64,000 nt of DNA, from positions 2,320 to 66,319 of the IMG/VR virus record IMGVR_UViG_3300009537_001827; one strand, written 5' to 3'. Below, piece after piece: positions 35,636 to 45,896 of this stretch (position 1 is its first letter; each line of letters starts with the position of its first letter). Position numbers and translations under genes: made by a program. Under the pieces are notes generated by a model. The model had not been told where the DNA came from and searched no databases. It was given only the letters and a program-made list of their open reading frames with translations. The DNA is from a virus.

Positions 35636-36349
35636 TTATATCGGAGACGCCCCGAACGCTGCGCTCGGAATGGCGAGTCCTTCCTCGGAGATCAGACCCG
35701 GCAAGAGGTCGCCGAATAGTTCCGGGATGAGGTCGATGCCCGCCGACCCGGAAGCCACGAGAGCCAGACTGTTCCGCTCCTTCGTCATGCTCCTGTAGAT
35801 CGCACCTTCCTCGATCACCCCGAGGCTGAAGTTCACGGAGATGTGCATCGGGTTGAGGTACTGGTCATGAACGACCTCACTGATCGGGGCCTGCAAGACC
35901 CGGCACTTCCAGATCCGCGTCCCGTAAACGAAGAACGCTACGGGAGGAGGCAGGTAAGCATCCGGGAGTGACATGAGATCCTTCACCGCCTGCGGGAGAT
36001 CCTTGAACGGATTCGCGTTAGTCGGCTGCTTCGGTTCAAGGAAGCTCTCGACGGTCGCTATGACATCCCGAAGCCCCACACCCGGAGTCGAAGGGACGAA
36101 GAGATTGATCCCTCCCGTGTTCCGGGACGCCGACTTGTCCCAATAGCAGGTGAACGAAATGGTCTTCTCCGCGCCACCGGTCCACCATCTCTGAGGCGCA
36201 CGCCAGCCGGGGACATCCCTCGACTCATAGTTCGGTCTCTTCGCAACGTCGATCTGTGTCGGGTTCAGCATGAACCGTAGGAACAGACCGAACTGTAGGT
36301 TCACCAGAGCACCGGGGATCCGGCGGGCAGCATCGGAATAGGTGCCCAT
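35636..36349 (-). CDS. Tail tube initiator (CIS tube / P2 gpU-like)
   Basis: FMLNPTQI, WWTGGAEKTISF, PPPVAFFVYG motifs. Confidence 0.8.
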   Translation of the reverse strand: MGTYSDAARRIPGALVNLQFGLFLRFMLNPTQIDVAKRPNYESRDVPGWRAPQRWWTGGAEKTISFTCYWDKSASRNTGGINLFVPSTPGVGLRDVIATVESFLEPKQPTNANPFKDLPQAVKDLMSLPDAYLPPPVAFFVYGTRIWKCRVLQAPISEVVHDQYLNPMHISVNFSLGVIEEGAIYRSMTKERNSLALVASGSAGIDLIPELFGDLLPGLISEEGLAIPSAAFGASPI

Positions 36350-36615
36350 CAGATGAAAGCGATCCCCGAGCCGGGGATGTTAGAAGCCGTGCCTGCACCG
36401 CCCTGCACACCGACGACCGTCACCTTGAGGTGCTGCTCCAAGAACTCCAGCGTTGCCTTGGCCTGAGACTCGAACAACTGACGCCTCCATGTTGCGATTT
36501 GCTCGGGACTGGCCACGACGGATTGCTCCGCGATCTCGCTGTAGGCGCCTTCCGTACTCGCGACTCCGCCGAGCATCGCATCGGCCAGAGCCTCAATTGC
36601 TGATTGACTCGCCAT
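36349..36615 (-). CDS. Small protein downstream of the spike (possible spike tip partner)
   Basis: Position; C-terminal VVGVQGGAG. Confidence 0.55.
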   Translation of the reverse strand: MASQSAIEALADAMLGGVASTEGAYSEIAEQSVVASPEQIATWRRQLFESQAKATLEFLEQHLKVTVVGVQGGAGTASNIPGSGIAFI

Positions 36616-36625
36616 CGTCTCCCCT

Positions 36626-37390
36626 TTACTTCGTTGCCCGAACGCTACTCGACCCGTCGATGTGATTGAAGCCCGTGTAGGGGTCGATGGACTTGGTGGT
36701 GATCAAGCCACCGGAACGGGAGCCAGCGTCAAGATTGATAAAACCTCCGGCCCTCACCTCCACGTCTCCACGGGCGTCGATACTAGCATCGTTGCCGACC
36801 ACGATCTCCGCGTCATCCCCCGTCACGATCCGGGCCTTCTCAGGGGCCTCGATCCGAATGTTGCCATCGGCGTCGAGCGTGATGACCGCACCTGTCTGGC
36901 CATGCGTGACCCGAATCTGACCGGGATCAAGCAGGATCTCATGCCTGCTGACCCCATCGAAGATGCGGATCGACTCTTCCCCGGTCGTCCGGTCGATGAG
37001 AACGACGGTCCCATCTTCGTGAGTGATCCTGTAAGTGTTCCGGCCCTCCGTGTCGTTGAAAATATACTTCCAGTTCTCGGTGAAGTACATCCGGACGTAG
37101 GGATAGTCCGCGAGCCATTCGGTAAAGGATTCATCCTCGGTCTGAGGGTTAACCAAAATGGCGACCCCACACCAGCACCAGTAACGCGGGTCGTCCTCGA
37201 ATCGCTCGATCAGCGCCCAGAGCGAATCCCCGTACTTCTCAATCCATTCGCGACTCGGGACCGCGAGCCACATCGTCTCGTTCGCCGGATACGCCCGGAT
37301 GATGTTCCCATCGAACTCAACGCCCACGAAGCCTCTCTTCGAGGCGTCGTCCTGATAGAATTCTCCACCTGCGAATCGGGCCAGCTTCAT
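36626..37390 (-). CDS. Baseplate central spike (gpV/gp5-like)
   Basis: N-terminal OB-like region then beta-helix repeats (IVTGDDAEIVVGNDASI); terminal DPYTGFNH metal-tip motif. Confidence 0.8.
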   Translation of the reverse strand: MKLARFAGGEFYQDDASKRGFVGVEFDGNIIRAYPANETMWLAVPSREWIEKYGDSLWALIERFEDDPRYWCWCGVAILVNPQTEDESFTEWLADYPYVRMYFTENWKYIFNDTEGRNTYRITHEDGTVVLIDRTTGEESIRIFDGVSRHEILLDPGQIRVTHGQTGAVITLDADGNIRIEAPEKARIVTGDDAEIVVGNDASIDARGDVEVRAGGFINLDAGSRSGGLITTKSIDPYTGFNHIDGSSSVRATK

Positions 37391-39219
37391 CCCGTGAACC
37401 TCACTCCAAGCGGCCTCTCATGGGAGGGACGAACGCCGCGAGCCACGGTGATGCTCGTCGTCCACGTACTCGTGAACGTGTGACCGACCTTCTGCACGAT
37501 CCACGTCCCGTCCATGAAGCTCGCGAGGTTGAACAATTCAACGAGATCCCCCGGGCGGACGGATCTCGTTCCGAGCGTCGTGAAGCTCAGAGGCCAATTT
37601 GGCCGCCAGTACTGGTCCCGGGCTTCCTGATCCGGGTGATCGACGTTGAGCGCCCGAACTTCCTCGGTCGTCAAAAATCCGCCAGCAAGGAGAGCTTCGT
37701 AAGTCGCCACAACGCCGAATTGCTTCATCGCCTCGAAGACCTTCTCCTCCTCAGGCGTGAACGACGAGGATTCGGCCGGACCGGTCCCACGGGCTCCCTG
37801 ATCGTTCGCAATCTCCCAAGCCCGATACCGCGCCGCCAACTTCTCAGGATCCAGCGTCTCATAACTGAGCCCCCCTCTCGGGCCTCTCGTGGACATCTGA
37901 AACCTGACCGCGCCATCCGGCGTGAGTTCGTAATAGCCGCGAGCCGCCGGAGCCGCGAACACGAGATCCATGCTCATCTGCACATCGAACATGGGCAGGA
38001 TCGTCGGCTCGTTGAGATCCACGTCCTCGGGTCCGACGAAGTGCCGACGCTTCCCGTCCCCGAACTGTGTGTTGAAGACGAAAGAGATCCTCTTCACCTG
38101 CGACTGCATCGTCTGTTCCTGACGGAAGCGGATGAAGCGGCCCGTGATCCTGTCTCCAACGATGATCGGAGCCCCCGAAACGGTCCTCGGGAGTGCCCCG
38201 GCCAGACCGACACCGACACCGCGTTGTATGCCGGTCATCGCACGCTGGTCGGGGTAGCCCGTGATAATCGTCGGCTCGGTCGATCCGGGCAGAATCACCC
38301 GGGCCTCGACCAGAGGATTATCGCTTCGAACTTCCTCGATCCAGACGTGCGCGTTGTTGTCCTTCGCGAGTTCGACGAGGAACTGCCAATCCGTCTGATT
38401 CTCCTGAACGATCTGTCGGGGCTGACCGGTCAGCAGCTTGTCCGTGAAGATGTAAGGAACCTCGAAGAACAACGGGTCAACATCCACACCCAGAAGTGGA
38501 GCGTGCGTCTTGGTCACGATGTTCGAGACGATCTCCCCAAGCGTGATGACCCTGCGAGAGCCGCCCGCTCCATCGTCTTGCTCGCGACCCTGAGCCCACG
38601 AGCGATTGTAGACCTTCGCGAGATCCGGATTGCCTGTCGCGTTCGCTGTCTCCTGTGCGGCTTTCTGCCTGTCCTGTGTCTGGATCGCCGGGTAGAAGAT
38701 CCGCCTGATGATGTTCCGGGTCAGCCTCCAGTTGACCGACTGAGCCGAGATCGTCACCCGCACGTCGCCAGAGTTGTCCAGCGAAGGACGGAGCGCCGTG
38801 ATGATCCCCTCGAAAACGTAGCTCTGCTTCCGGAACTGCTCGCTGATGTACGATGCCTCAAACTTCACGGGCCGACCGTACATCGAGGCCCACGGACGTT
38901 TTTCGGGGTCGCCTCCGAAAACCTCCTCGGGATCTTCGATCAACCCTCCCGACATGAGGACCCGGGACCGGTCATCGAGCGTGAAATTGAGCGACCAGAG
39001 TTGATCGAGTCCCGTCTCGACCGACACCGCCCCTCGGAGCTTACTCGGGGGAAACGGTTCGGTTGTATAGCCGTCATCGAATCGGACCGAAGGCCGCAAT
39101 TCGGAGATTAGCGGACCGACCACAGGCTGCAAAAAATTCGACTGAAAATCCCGGGTGAAGAGAGCCTTGCCGAACCAGATGTTCCGGCGGATCTCAAGAC
39201 CGGTAAAGATCGTAGGCAT
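37387..39219 (-). CDS. Baseplate hub (gpD/gp27-like)
   Basis: FEGIITAL, QENQTDWQFLVELAK, RPGDLVEL..DGTWIVQKVGHTF. Confidence 0.88.
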   Translation of the reverse strand: MPTIFTGLEIRRNIWFGKALFTRDFQSNFLQPVVGPLISELRPSVRFDDGYTTEPFPPSKLRGAVSVETGLDQLWSLNFTLDDRSRVLMSGGLIEDPEEVFGGDPEKRPWASMYGRPVKFEASYISEQFRKQSYVFEGIITALRPSLDNSGDVRVTISAQSVNWRLTRNIIRRIFYPAIQTQDRQKAAQETANATGNPDLAKVYNRSWAQGREQDDGAGGSRRVITLGEIVSNIVTKTHAPLLGVDVDPLFFEVPYIFTDKLLTGQPRQIVQENQTDWQFLVELAKDNNAHVWIEEVRSDNPLVEARVILPGSTEPTIITGYPDQRAMTGIQRGVGVGLAGALPRTVSGAPIIVGDRITGRFIRFRQEQTMQSQVKRISFVFNTQFGDGKRRHFVGPEDVDLNEPTILPMFDVQMSMDLVFAAPAARGYYELTPDGAVRFQMSTRGPRGGLSYETLDPEKLAARYRAWEIANDQGARGTGPAESSSFTPEEEKVFEAMKQFGVVATYEALLAGGFLTTEEVRALNVDHPDQEARDQYWRPNWPLSFTTLGTRSVRPGDLVELFNLASFMDGTWIVQKVGHTFTSTWTTSITVARGVRPSHERPLGVRFTG

Positions 39220-41099
39220 CAGCGAGACATACGGGGAATACCACCCTCAGGGACTCCGCGAGCCGCCCTGACTTTCTTTTCCCGCTCGGTATAGATATCC
39301 ACCTGTTGATCCGCATGGGCCAGAGCGAGCACGGGATCGAGGACATCGACGACAACGGTCGTCACCTGACCCTCTGCTGTCTGATACGAAACCGAAGCCT
39401 CAGTCGTCCGCCCTCGCCGACGAGCCTCCGCAGTAATGATGTTCTCGACCTGTCGTGCAAGGTTCGGATCTCCGAGCGACAGACCCCGAGCCCGAGGAAC
39501 ATCGAGAGCACGAGCCGCTGCCATCGCCTCATTTCTACGGATGTCAATGCGTTCTGAGGCTTCTCTCTCATGTGCTTCCCTGCGCGAGCCTTCAAAGAGA
39601 GACCCCGGGCCTAATAGCGCGAACTCCGCCCCGCCAGTGATAAGGCCCTGCGCCCAATCCGGAAGCGTCGTCAATCCCTTGTTGATGAGCCCCCCAAGGA
39701 TAAACGCGCCACCAATCGGGGCCAGCGGACCGGTGAGCAAAGCCATGCCCGCGAGGATAGAGAGGTTCGACCACCCTTCCTCATCGCTCGGGAGCGTGGC
39801 CCAAATATCGCTCATCAGCTTGCTGAAGTAGCTCGGGTCCGCCTCGGCATTCGCCGTGTCACTGGACGACAGCGAATGATGGATCTTGAGCAACGCGAGC
39901 CCACCGACGATGAGAGACGGACGGCGGAGCAACAGGCCAAGGACGACTCCACCCACGCCTCCGATGGCCGACATCCGCCTCTGCCACTCTTCATCTTTGA
40001 GCTTGCCAAGGAAATCCGCGATAGTACCGAAAGCCTTCTCCGCGAACAGTTCGATCCGGGTAATGAATCCAATGATCTCGGCAGTGACCGGGATGAGGAA
40101 CCGGGTCCGGAAACGGTCCCCGTGTTCCGCGATGTCCTCGAAGCTCGTGCCGAATCTTTCGAGGATGAAGTCCACGAACCGAACGACCGAGCGGAGCGTC
40201 TCCGTGAGGATCTGACTGATACTCTGCCCGAGGGCCTGAATTGTCGGCCTCGCCCGCTGGATGAACTCCACTGCCTTCTCAAGTTGCGAGCGGAAGAAGT
40301 CGAAGAGCGGAGAACCGACCCCGGCAATCGTCTCCCGAAACTGCAAGAGGAGTTCGGCGAGCGCCTGCCGGAGTCCGACGACGCTACGCTGCGAGCGTTC
40401 GAGAGTGTCGCCGTAGACTTCTCGGAACAGGGCATTCAGCGCCTCGACCCGACCCTGAAAATCCCCCGGCATCGTGGTCTGGATGATCTCCTGCAACCGC
40501 TCGAACGGCAGCGCCCGGAACGTCTCCTGTAACTGGAGCAGCGAGGAGGGATCGAGCGCGGACTGACGCAACGCGTTGACGACATTCGTGACACCGCCCG
40601 CCGCCTGACCCGCCGCGATGATGCCCGAGGGATCGAACTGTGAGGCGTTGATGCCGATCTGAGACAACCCCTCGGCAATCGAATAGAGCTCCTGTCGAGG
40701 GATCCGAAGCTGGAGCGCCCACTTGTGAGCCCATCCCACCGTCTGCTCGGCGAACTGGTCGCTGCCCGTGAGGTTCGCGAGCCTCACGAGTTGCGACTCG
40801 ACTCTGACACCCTCGTTGAATATCTCCGTAAGCTCGGTCTTCAGCTTACGAAGCGCGAGGAACCCCGTGATCGCCGCGCCCAGAGCGAGGAGTTTGTTCC
40901 GGAGTCCCTCGGATGCCTCCGCCGCCGTCCCCAGCGGTCGGGTAAGGATGTCTTTGACGACGCCCGCGCCTTTCTCCTTCATCTCCTGAAGACGGTTGAG
41001 CATTCCGGTCACGGACTTGCTGATCGTGTCGGCGACCATACTCGCCCTATCCTGCAAGAAGACCTCGTAGACGGTCTGATTCGCCACGCCATTGGGCAT
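39219..41099 (-). CDS. Tape measure protein
   Basis: Helical Ala/Leu/Gly-rich 626 aa with hydrophobic segments, between chaperones and hub. Confidence 0.82.
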   Translation of the reverse strand: MPNGVANQTVYEVFLQDRASMVADTISKSVTGMLNRLQEMKEKGAGVVKDILTRPLGTAAEASEGLRNKLLALGAAITGFLALRKLKTELTEIFNEGVRVESQLVRLANLTGSDQFAEQTVGWAHKWALQLRIPRQELYSIAEGLSQIGINASQFDPSGIIAAGQAAGGVTNVVNALRQSALDPSSLLQLQETFRALPFERLQEIIQTTMPGDFQGRVEALNALFREVYGDTLERSQRSVVGLRQALAELLLQFRETIAGVGSPLFDFFRSQLEKAVEFIQRARPTIQALGQSISQILTETLRSVVRFVDFILERFGTSFEDIAEHGDRFRTRFLIPVTAEIIGFITRIELFAEKAFGTIADFLGKLKDEEWQRRMSAIGGVGGVVLGLLLRRPSLIVGGLALLKIHHSLSSSDTANAEADPSYFSKLMSDIWATLPSDEEGWSNLSILAGMALLTGPLAPIGGAFILGGLINKGLTTLPDWAQGLITGGAEFALLGPGSLFEGSRREAHEREASERIDIRRNEAMAAARALDVPRARGLSLGDPNLARQVENIITAEARRRGRTTEASVSYQTAEGQVTTVVVDVLDPVLALAHADQQVDIYTEREKKVRAARGVPEGGIPRMSR

Positions 41100-41425
41100 C
41101 AGGTCATTTCCTCAACAGGCCAATTTTTCGGTCGCATCTCAACTATCGTCTGAGTGATGGCGTCATCGACAGTCCCGCCTTCCTCTTGAGACGGCGATGA
41201 CATCGCGCGATGGAATCCGTACTTCTGCTCTAGATGGTCCCTGTAACACCGCAAGAACAGAGCAATCCGGTCGCCTCTCGGCAACTCCGCAATCTCCTGA
41301 CGTGTCAGGTTCAGGGTCTTGAGAATGTAGAATTCCTGCTCCGCGTAAGGATACCTGTTCTCATAGGGATCAACGTGGAGCAGGCCCGGCTCTACAATCC
41401 ACGGAGCCGGAGTAAAGTAGGGTTT
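41099..41425 (-). CDS. Tail assembly chaperone C-terminal extension (gpT-like), reached by -1 frameshift
   Basis: -1 frame is open from the slippery site: PYFTPAPWIVEPGLLHVDPYENRYPYAEQEFYILKTLNLTRQEIAELPRGDR... Confidence 0.7.
   Translation of the reverse strand, partial: KPYFTPAPWIVEPGLLHVDPYENRYPYAEQEFYILKTLNLTRQEIAELPRGDRIALFLRCYRDHLEQKYGFHRAMSSPSQEEGGTVDDAITQTIVEMRPKNWPVEEMT
41374..41425 (-). promoter_or_regulatory. -1 programmed ribosomal frameshift signal
   Basis: In-frame heptamer A AAC CCU (41425-41419), 8-nt spacer, hairpin CCGGCUC/GAGCCGG; loop CGUGGA can pair with downstream UCCACG. Confidence 0.7.
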
Positions 41426-42291
41426 AGCCCCGTGAGTTCCTCCATCCCGCAGGCCGTGCAGCGCACGAGCAGATCCCTGTCGAGTCTCGGCAGGTAATCG
41501 TAGACGTATGTCTGGAGCTTCAGCACGTCCCTCGCGGTCAAGTCCTCGATGATATTGTCCCCGAGGAACGACTTCATCTCCGAGGGCATCACGACCTGTT
41601 GGTCTTCGGCGACTAATTCGACGGCCGAACGAGAGAGGACCTTGTTGTCGAACTTCTCCCGGTCACTCATCGTTACCCGTTCGGTCTGAAGCAACCCCGC
41701 CATCGTTGGCATCTCCATCGTGTAGTACTTCCAGACGACAGAGGAATACTGCGAGAAAGGCTCGGTCTTCCACGACCGTCCCCTATCGAGTTCGACCGTT
41801 ACGACAGGGCTGAATTCCTCTCCGCCGTCCGGGAACTTCAGGATCTCCATCTTCGACAGGTAGAACTCCGCCTTCTGTCGGGACTCGCACGTCGGGCACT
41901 GCCACTGAGACTCGACGACTTCTCCGTAACTGTGAATCTGCCCAGCGAGCAACAGATACTCACCGTCCGAGAGGTACAACCCTTCGAGGATCTTCGGCAC
42001 CTGCTTGAATCCGGACTCCTTGAATGGCCCGTAAATCTCGTGCTCTCCAATGCTCTCCAGACCGAGAGCGATCATCCGCAACATGAAGATGGTCGGACTG
42101 ACCTTCTTCCGGTCACGAGCGACCCGCAGATCCATCGCGGTATGCTCATGCGGCTCGAAACGACGCACCCTGCCGTTCCGGGTTTTCAGCCCGACGGGTA
42201 AGAGATTGTCGAATGTGCCTTGAACGGTCGGAGGAGGAGGAATGATGGGACTTGGTGATTCGCCCCGAGAGGTCTTTTGAGTCGCGGACAT
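41392..42291 (-). CDS. Tail assembly chaperone (T4 gp26/gp51-like with CxxC pairs)
   Basis: LPVG, LYLSDGEYLLL, CPTC, LTARD, CTACG; between tube and tape measure. Confidence 0.75.
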   Translation of the reverse strand: MSATQKTSRGESPSPIIPPPPTVQGTFDNLLPVGLKTRNGRVRRFEPHEHTAMDLRVARDRKKVSPTIFMLRMIALGLESIGEHEIYGPFKESGFKQVPKILEGLYLSDGEYLLLAGQIHSYGEVVESQWQCPTCESRQKAEFYLSKMEILKFPDGGEEFSPVVTVELDRGRSWKTEPFSQYSSVVWKYYTMEMPTMAGLLQTERVTMSDREKFDNKVLSRSAVELVAEDQQVVMPSEMKSFLGDNIIEDLTARDVLKLQTYVYDYLPRLDRDLLVRCTACGMEELTGLNPTLLRLRGL

Positions 42292-42387
42292 ACGACCCCT
42301 CCTTCTGAGGTAATGATTAAACGAGCAGCGTTAGACGTGTGTTTCCATGCTCCCCTTAAGCTACCGCCTGTACTGTGAATGGCAACC

Positions 42388-42852
42388 CTACGCGGCCTGC
42401 CCGACTTCCTCCCAATAGTCCACCGAGACATTGTAGGTGACATCGAATCCGGTCCCGGCATTCTTGTTGAGGTTCGGCGGCGTCTCCGTGTGGAAGAGAA
42501 GCCCGGTGAACCGGTAGCGGAATTCCACCACGCCACGATGGTACTTCGTCACCACGCCGGAGAACTTCGTCCCGTTCTCGATGGCCGCGTTCACGAACTC
42601 CCGAATCTGCCCGTCGTTCGGATCGAGCGGGTCTCGTTGACGGGTGAACCTCAACTCAGAGAAGCTCTTCGCATTGTTGGTGAACGTGTACTCCAGTCCC
42701 GTCCCGCCATCGGACCGGGTATTCGTTCCAACCGAGCGACCGAATCCAGTGATCTGCGAGAACGAGGCGAACGGGACGCCCTCGATCTCGACAAGCCACT
42801 GGTTGATCGCCATGTAGTCTTGCGGAGCCTGAATTGCTTCAAGCGGCGTCAT
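42388..42852 (-). CDS. Tail tube protein (T4 gp19-like)
   Basis: WLVEIEG..ASFSQITG, FSELRFTR; directly after the sheath. Confidence 0.88.
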   Translation of the reverse strand: MTPLEAIQAPQDYMAINQWLVEIEGVPFASFSQITGFGRSVGTNTRSDGGTGLEYTFTNNAKSFSELRFTRQRDPLDPNDGQIREFVNAAIENGTKFSGVVTKYHRGVVEFRYRFTGLLFHTETPPNLNKNAGTGFDVTYNVSVDYWEEVGQAA

Positions 42853-42878
42853 GCTCTCTCTCCTTCCTGATTAGGGGA

Positions 42879-42936
42879 ATCCCCCGGAGGGCCGTAGCCC
42901 TCCGGGACCAAGAGGCTCTCAACGTCCTCAAGGGAT
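42879..42936 (-). other. Strong hairpin(s) between sheath and tube genes
   Basis: CCCGGAGGGC-UACG-GCCCUCCGGG plus a GAGG/CCUC hairpin. Confidence 0.55.
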
Positions 42937-42939
42937 GAC

Positions 42940-44802
42940 TCAGACCGTCGATTCGGTGATGAGGATACCGTCCCGCGTCTGCTGAAGGTTGACCTCGATC
43001 AACTCCGCGATCTCGACGAAGCGGAGCGTGATATCCACCACAAGCTTCCGCTGATTGACCACGGAGATCGTATTGTTCTCCTCGTCGCACTTAATGGCCA
43101 CGTTGTTATCGTAACCGCCCCGAGTCTCGAACATCCCGGCGTTGTAGAGGGTCTGGAAGAACGCGCTGAGCACATCCCTCGCCCTCGTCCGGGTCGTATC
43201 GTTGTTTGGCTCCTGTTCGAGGAAGCCGAGGTTGTTAAGCAGCGAGTCTCGAATAAAGTTCAGCGACCGTCGGATGTGGACGCTGTAGTTCGGGCTCGCG
43301 CTCGAAGTCGTGCGCGATGTCCGGATCACGAAGCCACGACCCGGGACGAACATGACCGCATTGATCCCGATGTCGTGAACGAGCCGTTCAAGCTGCGTGT
43401 CGCTGAGCTTCCGGAACTCGATCTCCAGAAGATCCCGGAGAGTGATATCGAGCCCGGCAGGGGCGATGTGCGGGTAGAGACTCTTCGTCAACATCCTGCG
43501 AATGTACCCCGCACCGATAACGTGACCGACATTCGGAATCCAGACACGGCCGCCAACCTCGTTATCGACCTGAACCCATCCCCGGTAACCCGAAGCGAAA
43601 GACTTCTGTTTCACGATGAGCGGCGTCCACACATCCTCCAGAGTATCGAGCGTCAGCCCAAAATCGGTGGACCAGACCGCCACGCAATCCGCTCGGGAAG
43701 AGCAGTACTCCTCCAGAACTTTCGCGAAATCCACGCTTGTCAGGTCGGCAGTCGTGAGCATCTGAACATCCTCGCCATCGAAGGCGTAGACACCCGTTCC
43801 CGCCGACTCTGTTCCCGTGAACTCGGAGAGCCCCGGGTCGGTCCCGTCCGCTCCGCCCAGCAACGGTTCGAGCGTGACCGGATTCGGCATCCCGTTATCC
43901 GGGTCAGTGTTCTGGACCCAGATGTAGTCCGACCCAAGATCCGGAGAGTTGACAAAGGCCACGAAGTCCGACACGTTGTCGAACGTCTCGCGGACCTGAT
44001 TCTCACCGTTCACAACCTCGACGATCTCGATGTCCCGGTTGTACTCCGCCCCCGCAGATGGAGTGACGTTGAGTCGGATGTTGTTCCCCCACTCACCCGG
44101 ATCGGGTCGCCCTCTCTGACCGCCCTGAACGATAGGATCGACTGCTGCCGCACGCGGCGCGGTGACGAAGAGCGTCACCACCACCGTCTCGGTGATATTG
44201 TCGGGAAGCTGGATCCCCGCGTAGTTCACTGTGAAGAGCAACGAAGCGGCGAGCGCCACGGGAACCGCGTTCACGGTCAGGGTTACAAGACTCGTCGGAG
44301 TGGCAAGCACCCCGCGATTGACCGCATCGCACAACTCCGCAGAAGAGAGCACGTTATCGTAGACCTCGGTCCTCGTCGGAGCACCGGCATCCTTGAAGGT
44401 GAACTTCTGCCCGATGTTCGTTCCCGTCCCGATGGTCACGGTGTAGTTGTTCGGGTTCCCAATGCTCCCGGTCGCCTCGAACTGCGTGTCATCCGAAACC
44501 AGAATGGCTTCGGCTTCGTCTGAGCCCGCGCCCACCACACGACTCACGAACAATCTCGCACCGAAGGGAGCCGCGTTGCGGAACAGTCCTCGTATCGCCA
44601 GAGCCCCGTAACGTCCCTTGCTCGGCTGAGGGTCGCCAAAGCGGAGCCTTGCCTCCGAATCGGACGCGACCTCGACGGGTGTGTTCACGGGTCCGCGTTT
44701 GCTCTCAACCAGTATGCCTGTGTTCGTGATATCTGCGGGGATGATCGCAGGCCCGGTCGCAGCAGGACGCTCAATGACCCGAACGCCAATCGGTTGACTC
44801 AC
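42940..44802 (-). CDS. Tail sheath protein
   Basis: GVRVIE, RGPVNTP, PGEWGNNI, HIAPAG, GINAV, SRT, VHIRRSLNFI, EPNN, KCDEENN. Confidence 0.96.
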   Translation of the reverse strand: MSQPIGVRVIERPAATGPAIIPADITNTGILVESKRGPVNTPVEVASDSEARLRFGDPQPSKGRYGALAIRGLFRNAAPFGARLFVSRVVGAGSDEAEAILVSDDTQFEATGSIGNPNNYTVTIGTGTNIGQKFTFKDAGAPTRTEVYDNVLSSAELCDAVNRGVLATPTSLVTLTVNAVPVALAASLLFTVNYAGIQLPDNITETVVVTLFVTAPRAAAVDPIVQGGQRGRPDPGEWGNNIRLNVTPSAGAEYNRDIEIVEVVNGENQVRETFDNVSDFVAFVNSPDLGSDYIWVQNTDPDNGMPNPVTLEPLLGGADGTDPGLSEFTGTESAGTGVYAFDGEDVQMLTTADLTSVDFAKVLEEYCSSRADCVAVWSTDFGLTLDTLEDVWTPLIVKQKSFASGYRGWVQVDNEVGGRVWIPNVGHVIGAGYIRRMLTKSLYPHIAPAGLDITLRDLLEIEFRKLSDTQLERLVHDIGINAVMFVPGRGFVIRTSRTTSSASPNYSVHIRRSLNFIRDSLLNNLGFLEQEPNNDTTRTRARDVLSAFFQTLYNAGMFETRGGYDNNVAIKCDEENNTISVVNQRKLVVDITLRFVEIAELIEVNLQQTRDGILITESTV

Positions 44803-44817
44803 TTTATTCCTCCTTCA

Positions 44818-45216
44818 TTACGCTTTGACTTCCACGCGCCCCAGAAGCGCGAGATCGTTGAAGTGGGGACTGTCTAATACGTCCAGATGATCCTTCGGAA
44901 TCCGGGTCCACTTCGGAGTCACGACAAACGACTTCGGAGCGCCGCCCCCCACCCGATAGTTGATCGTAAGCGGTTGGCTCCAACACGCCCGAATGAAGAC
45001 CTCGACATCCGGTTCCTCGGGTATCTCGGGACGAACGAGCACGAAGACCTCCCTGAGCTTCTCTACTGCCTCCTCAGAGACGCCCGGGACCGAGAACGAT
45101 CCATCGATGAGAGCGCCGACAAGAGCCTCCCTGTTCGGATACACATCCTCGATCTTTTTCGCAGTCGCCATGCCGACGCCCTTGATATCGACAAGCTCCG
45201 CACGGAACTCAGGCAT
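44818..45216 (-). CDS. Helix-hairpin-helix domain protein (paralog of 46255..46707)
   Basis: LVDIKGVGMATAKKIEDVYP. Confidence 0.75.
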   Translation of the reverse strand: MPEFRAELVDIKGVGMATAKKIEDVYPNREALVGALIDGSFSVPGVSEEAVEKLREVFVLVRPEIPEEPDVEVFIRACWSQPLTINYRVGGGAPKSFVVTPKWTRIPKDHLDVLDSPHFNDLALLGRVEVKA

Positions 45217-45217
45217 C

Positions 45218-45895
45218 TCAGAACTCCTTCACCATGATTTCGCTCTGAAGCTCACCACCCAGACTCCTCCACGAGAGATTCGCGCACCAAGAGAGTATCG
45301 TCGCTTCCTTCATTGCCTCGACATCCTCTGGCTGAAGCGCCTTGCCGAAGAGTGCGATGTTCTGGATCGTGAATTGAAAATCCCTCCGATAAACTGGCTC
45401 ACTCCGGAAATGCGATGAATTGATCGTTTCGAGCAGCACCGTCCGGGTGACCTCGTTTGGAGGATCGAGGTCCATGTAACGAACGCCATTCTTCTTCGAG
45501 AAGACACCGTGCAGGATGTCCCACGCGACATCCTCGAATTGACGATCAAACTCCGAGTACAACGAGATGGTCCATGTGAAGTCGTACCACTCCGGGGCCT
45601 CCCGATAAAGGATGCTTCCATCGGACAGGACGAACTTCACCGGAACGGATCGTGTGACAAGCTGACTGGCAATCGAGTATCCGCCGAAGTAGAGCACAAT
45701 CAACGGATAATTCACGGGAGGATCATCCCGGAACGCCCGATTGAACCAGTACACCGCCACATCCGTCTCCACCGGATCGGTAGGACGTGTGATGCGACGA
45801 ATGTCTACACCGCCGCGATCACTGCCAGCGGCCGGGTGTGTGACCAGAAGGTCCCACACACGATCACTAAGCTGCCACGGAGTGTAGATCGGCAC
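45218..45895 (-). CDS. Putative tail terminator/completion protein
   Basis: YPLIVL, PEWYDFTWTISLYS, VYRRDFQFTI; upstream of the sheath. Confidence 0.65.
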   Translation of the reverse strand: MPIYTPWQLSDRVWDLLVTHPAAGSDRGGVDIRRITRPTDPVETDVAVYWFNRAFRDDPPVNYPLIVLYFGGYSIASQLVTRSVPVKFVLSDGSILYREAPEWYDFTWTISLYSEFDRQFEDVAWDILHGVFSKKNGVRYMDLDPPNEVTRTVLLETINSSHFRSEPVYRRDFQFTIQNIALFGKALQPEDVEAMKEATILSWCANLSWRSLGGELQSEIMVKEF

Positions 45896-45896
45896 T

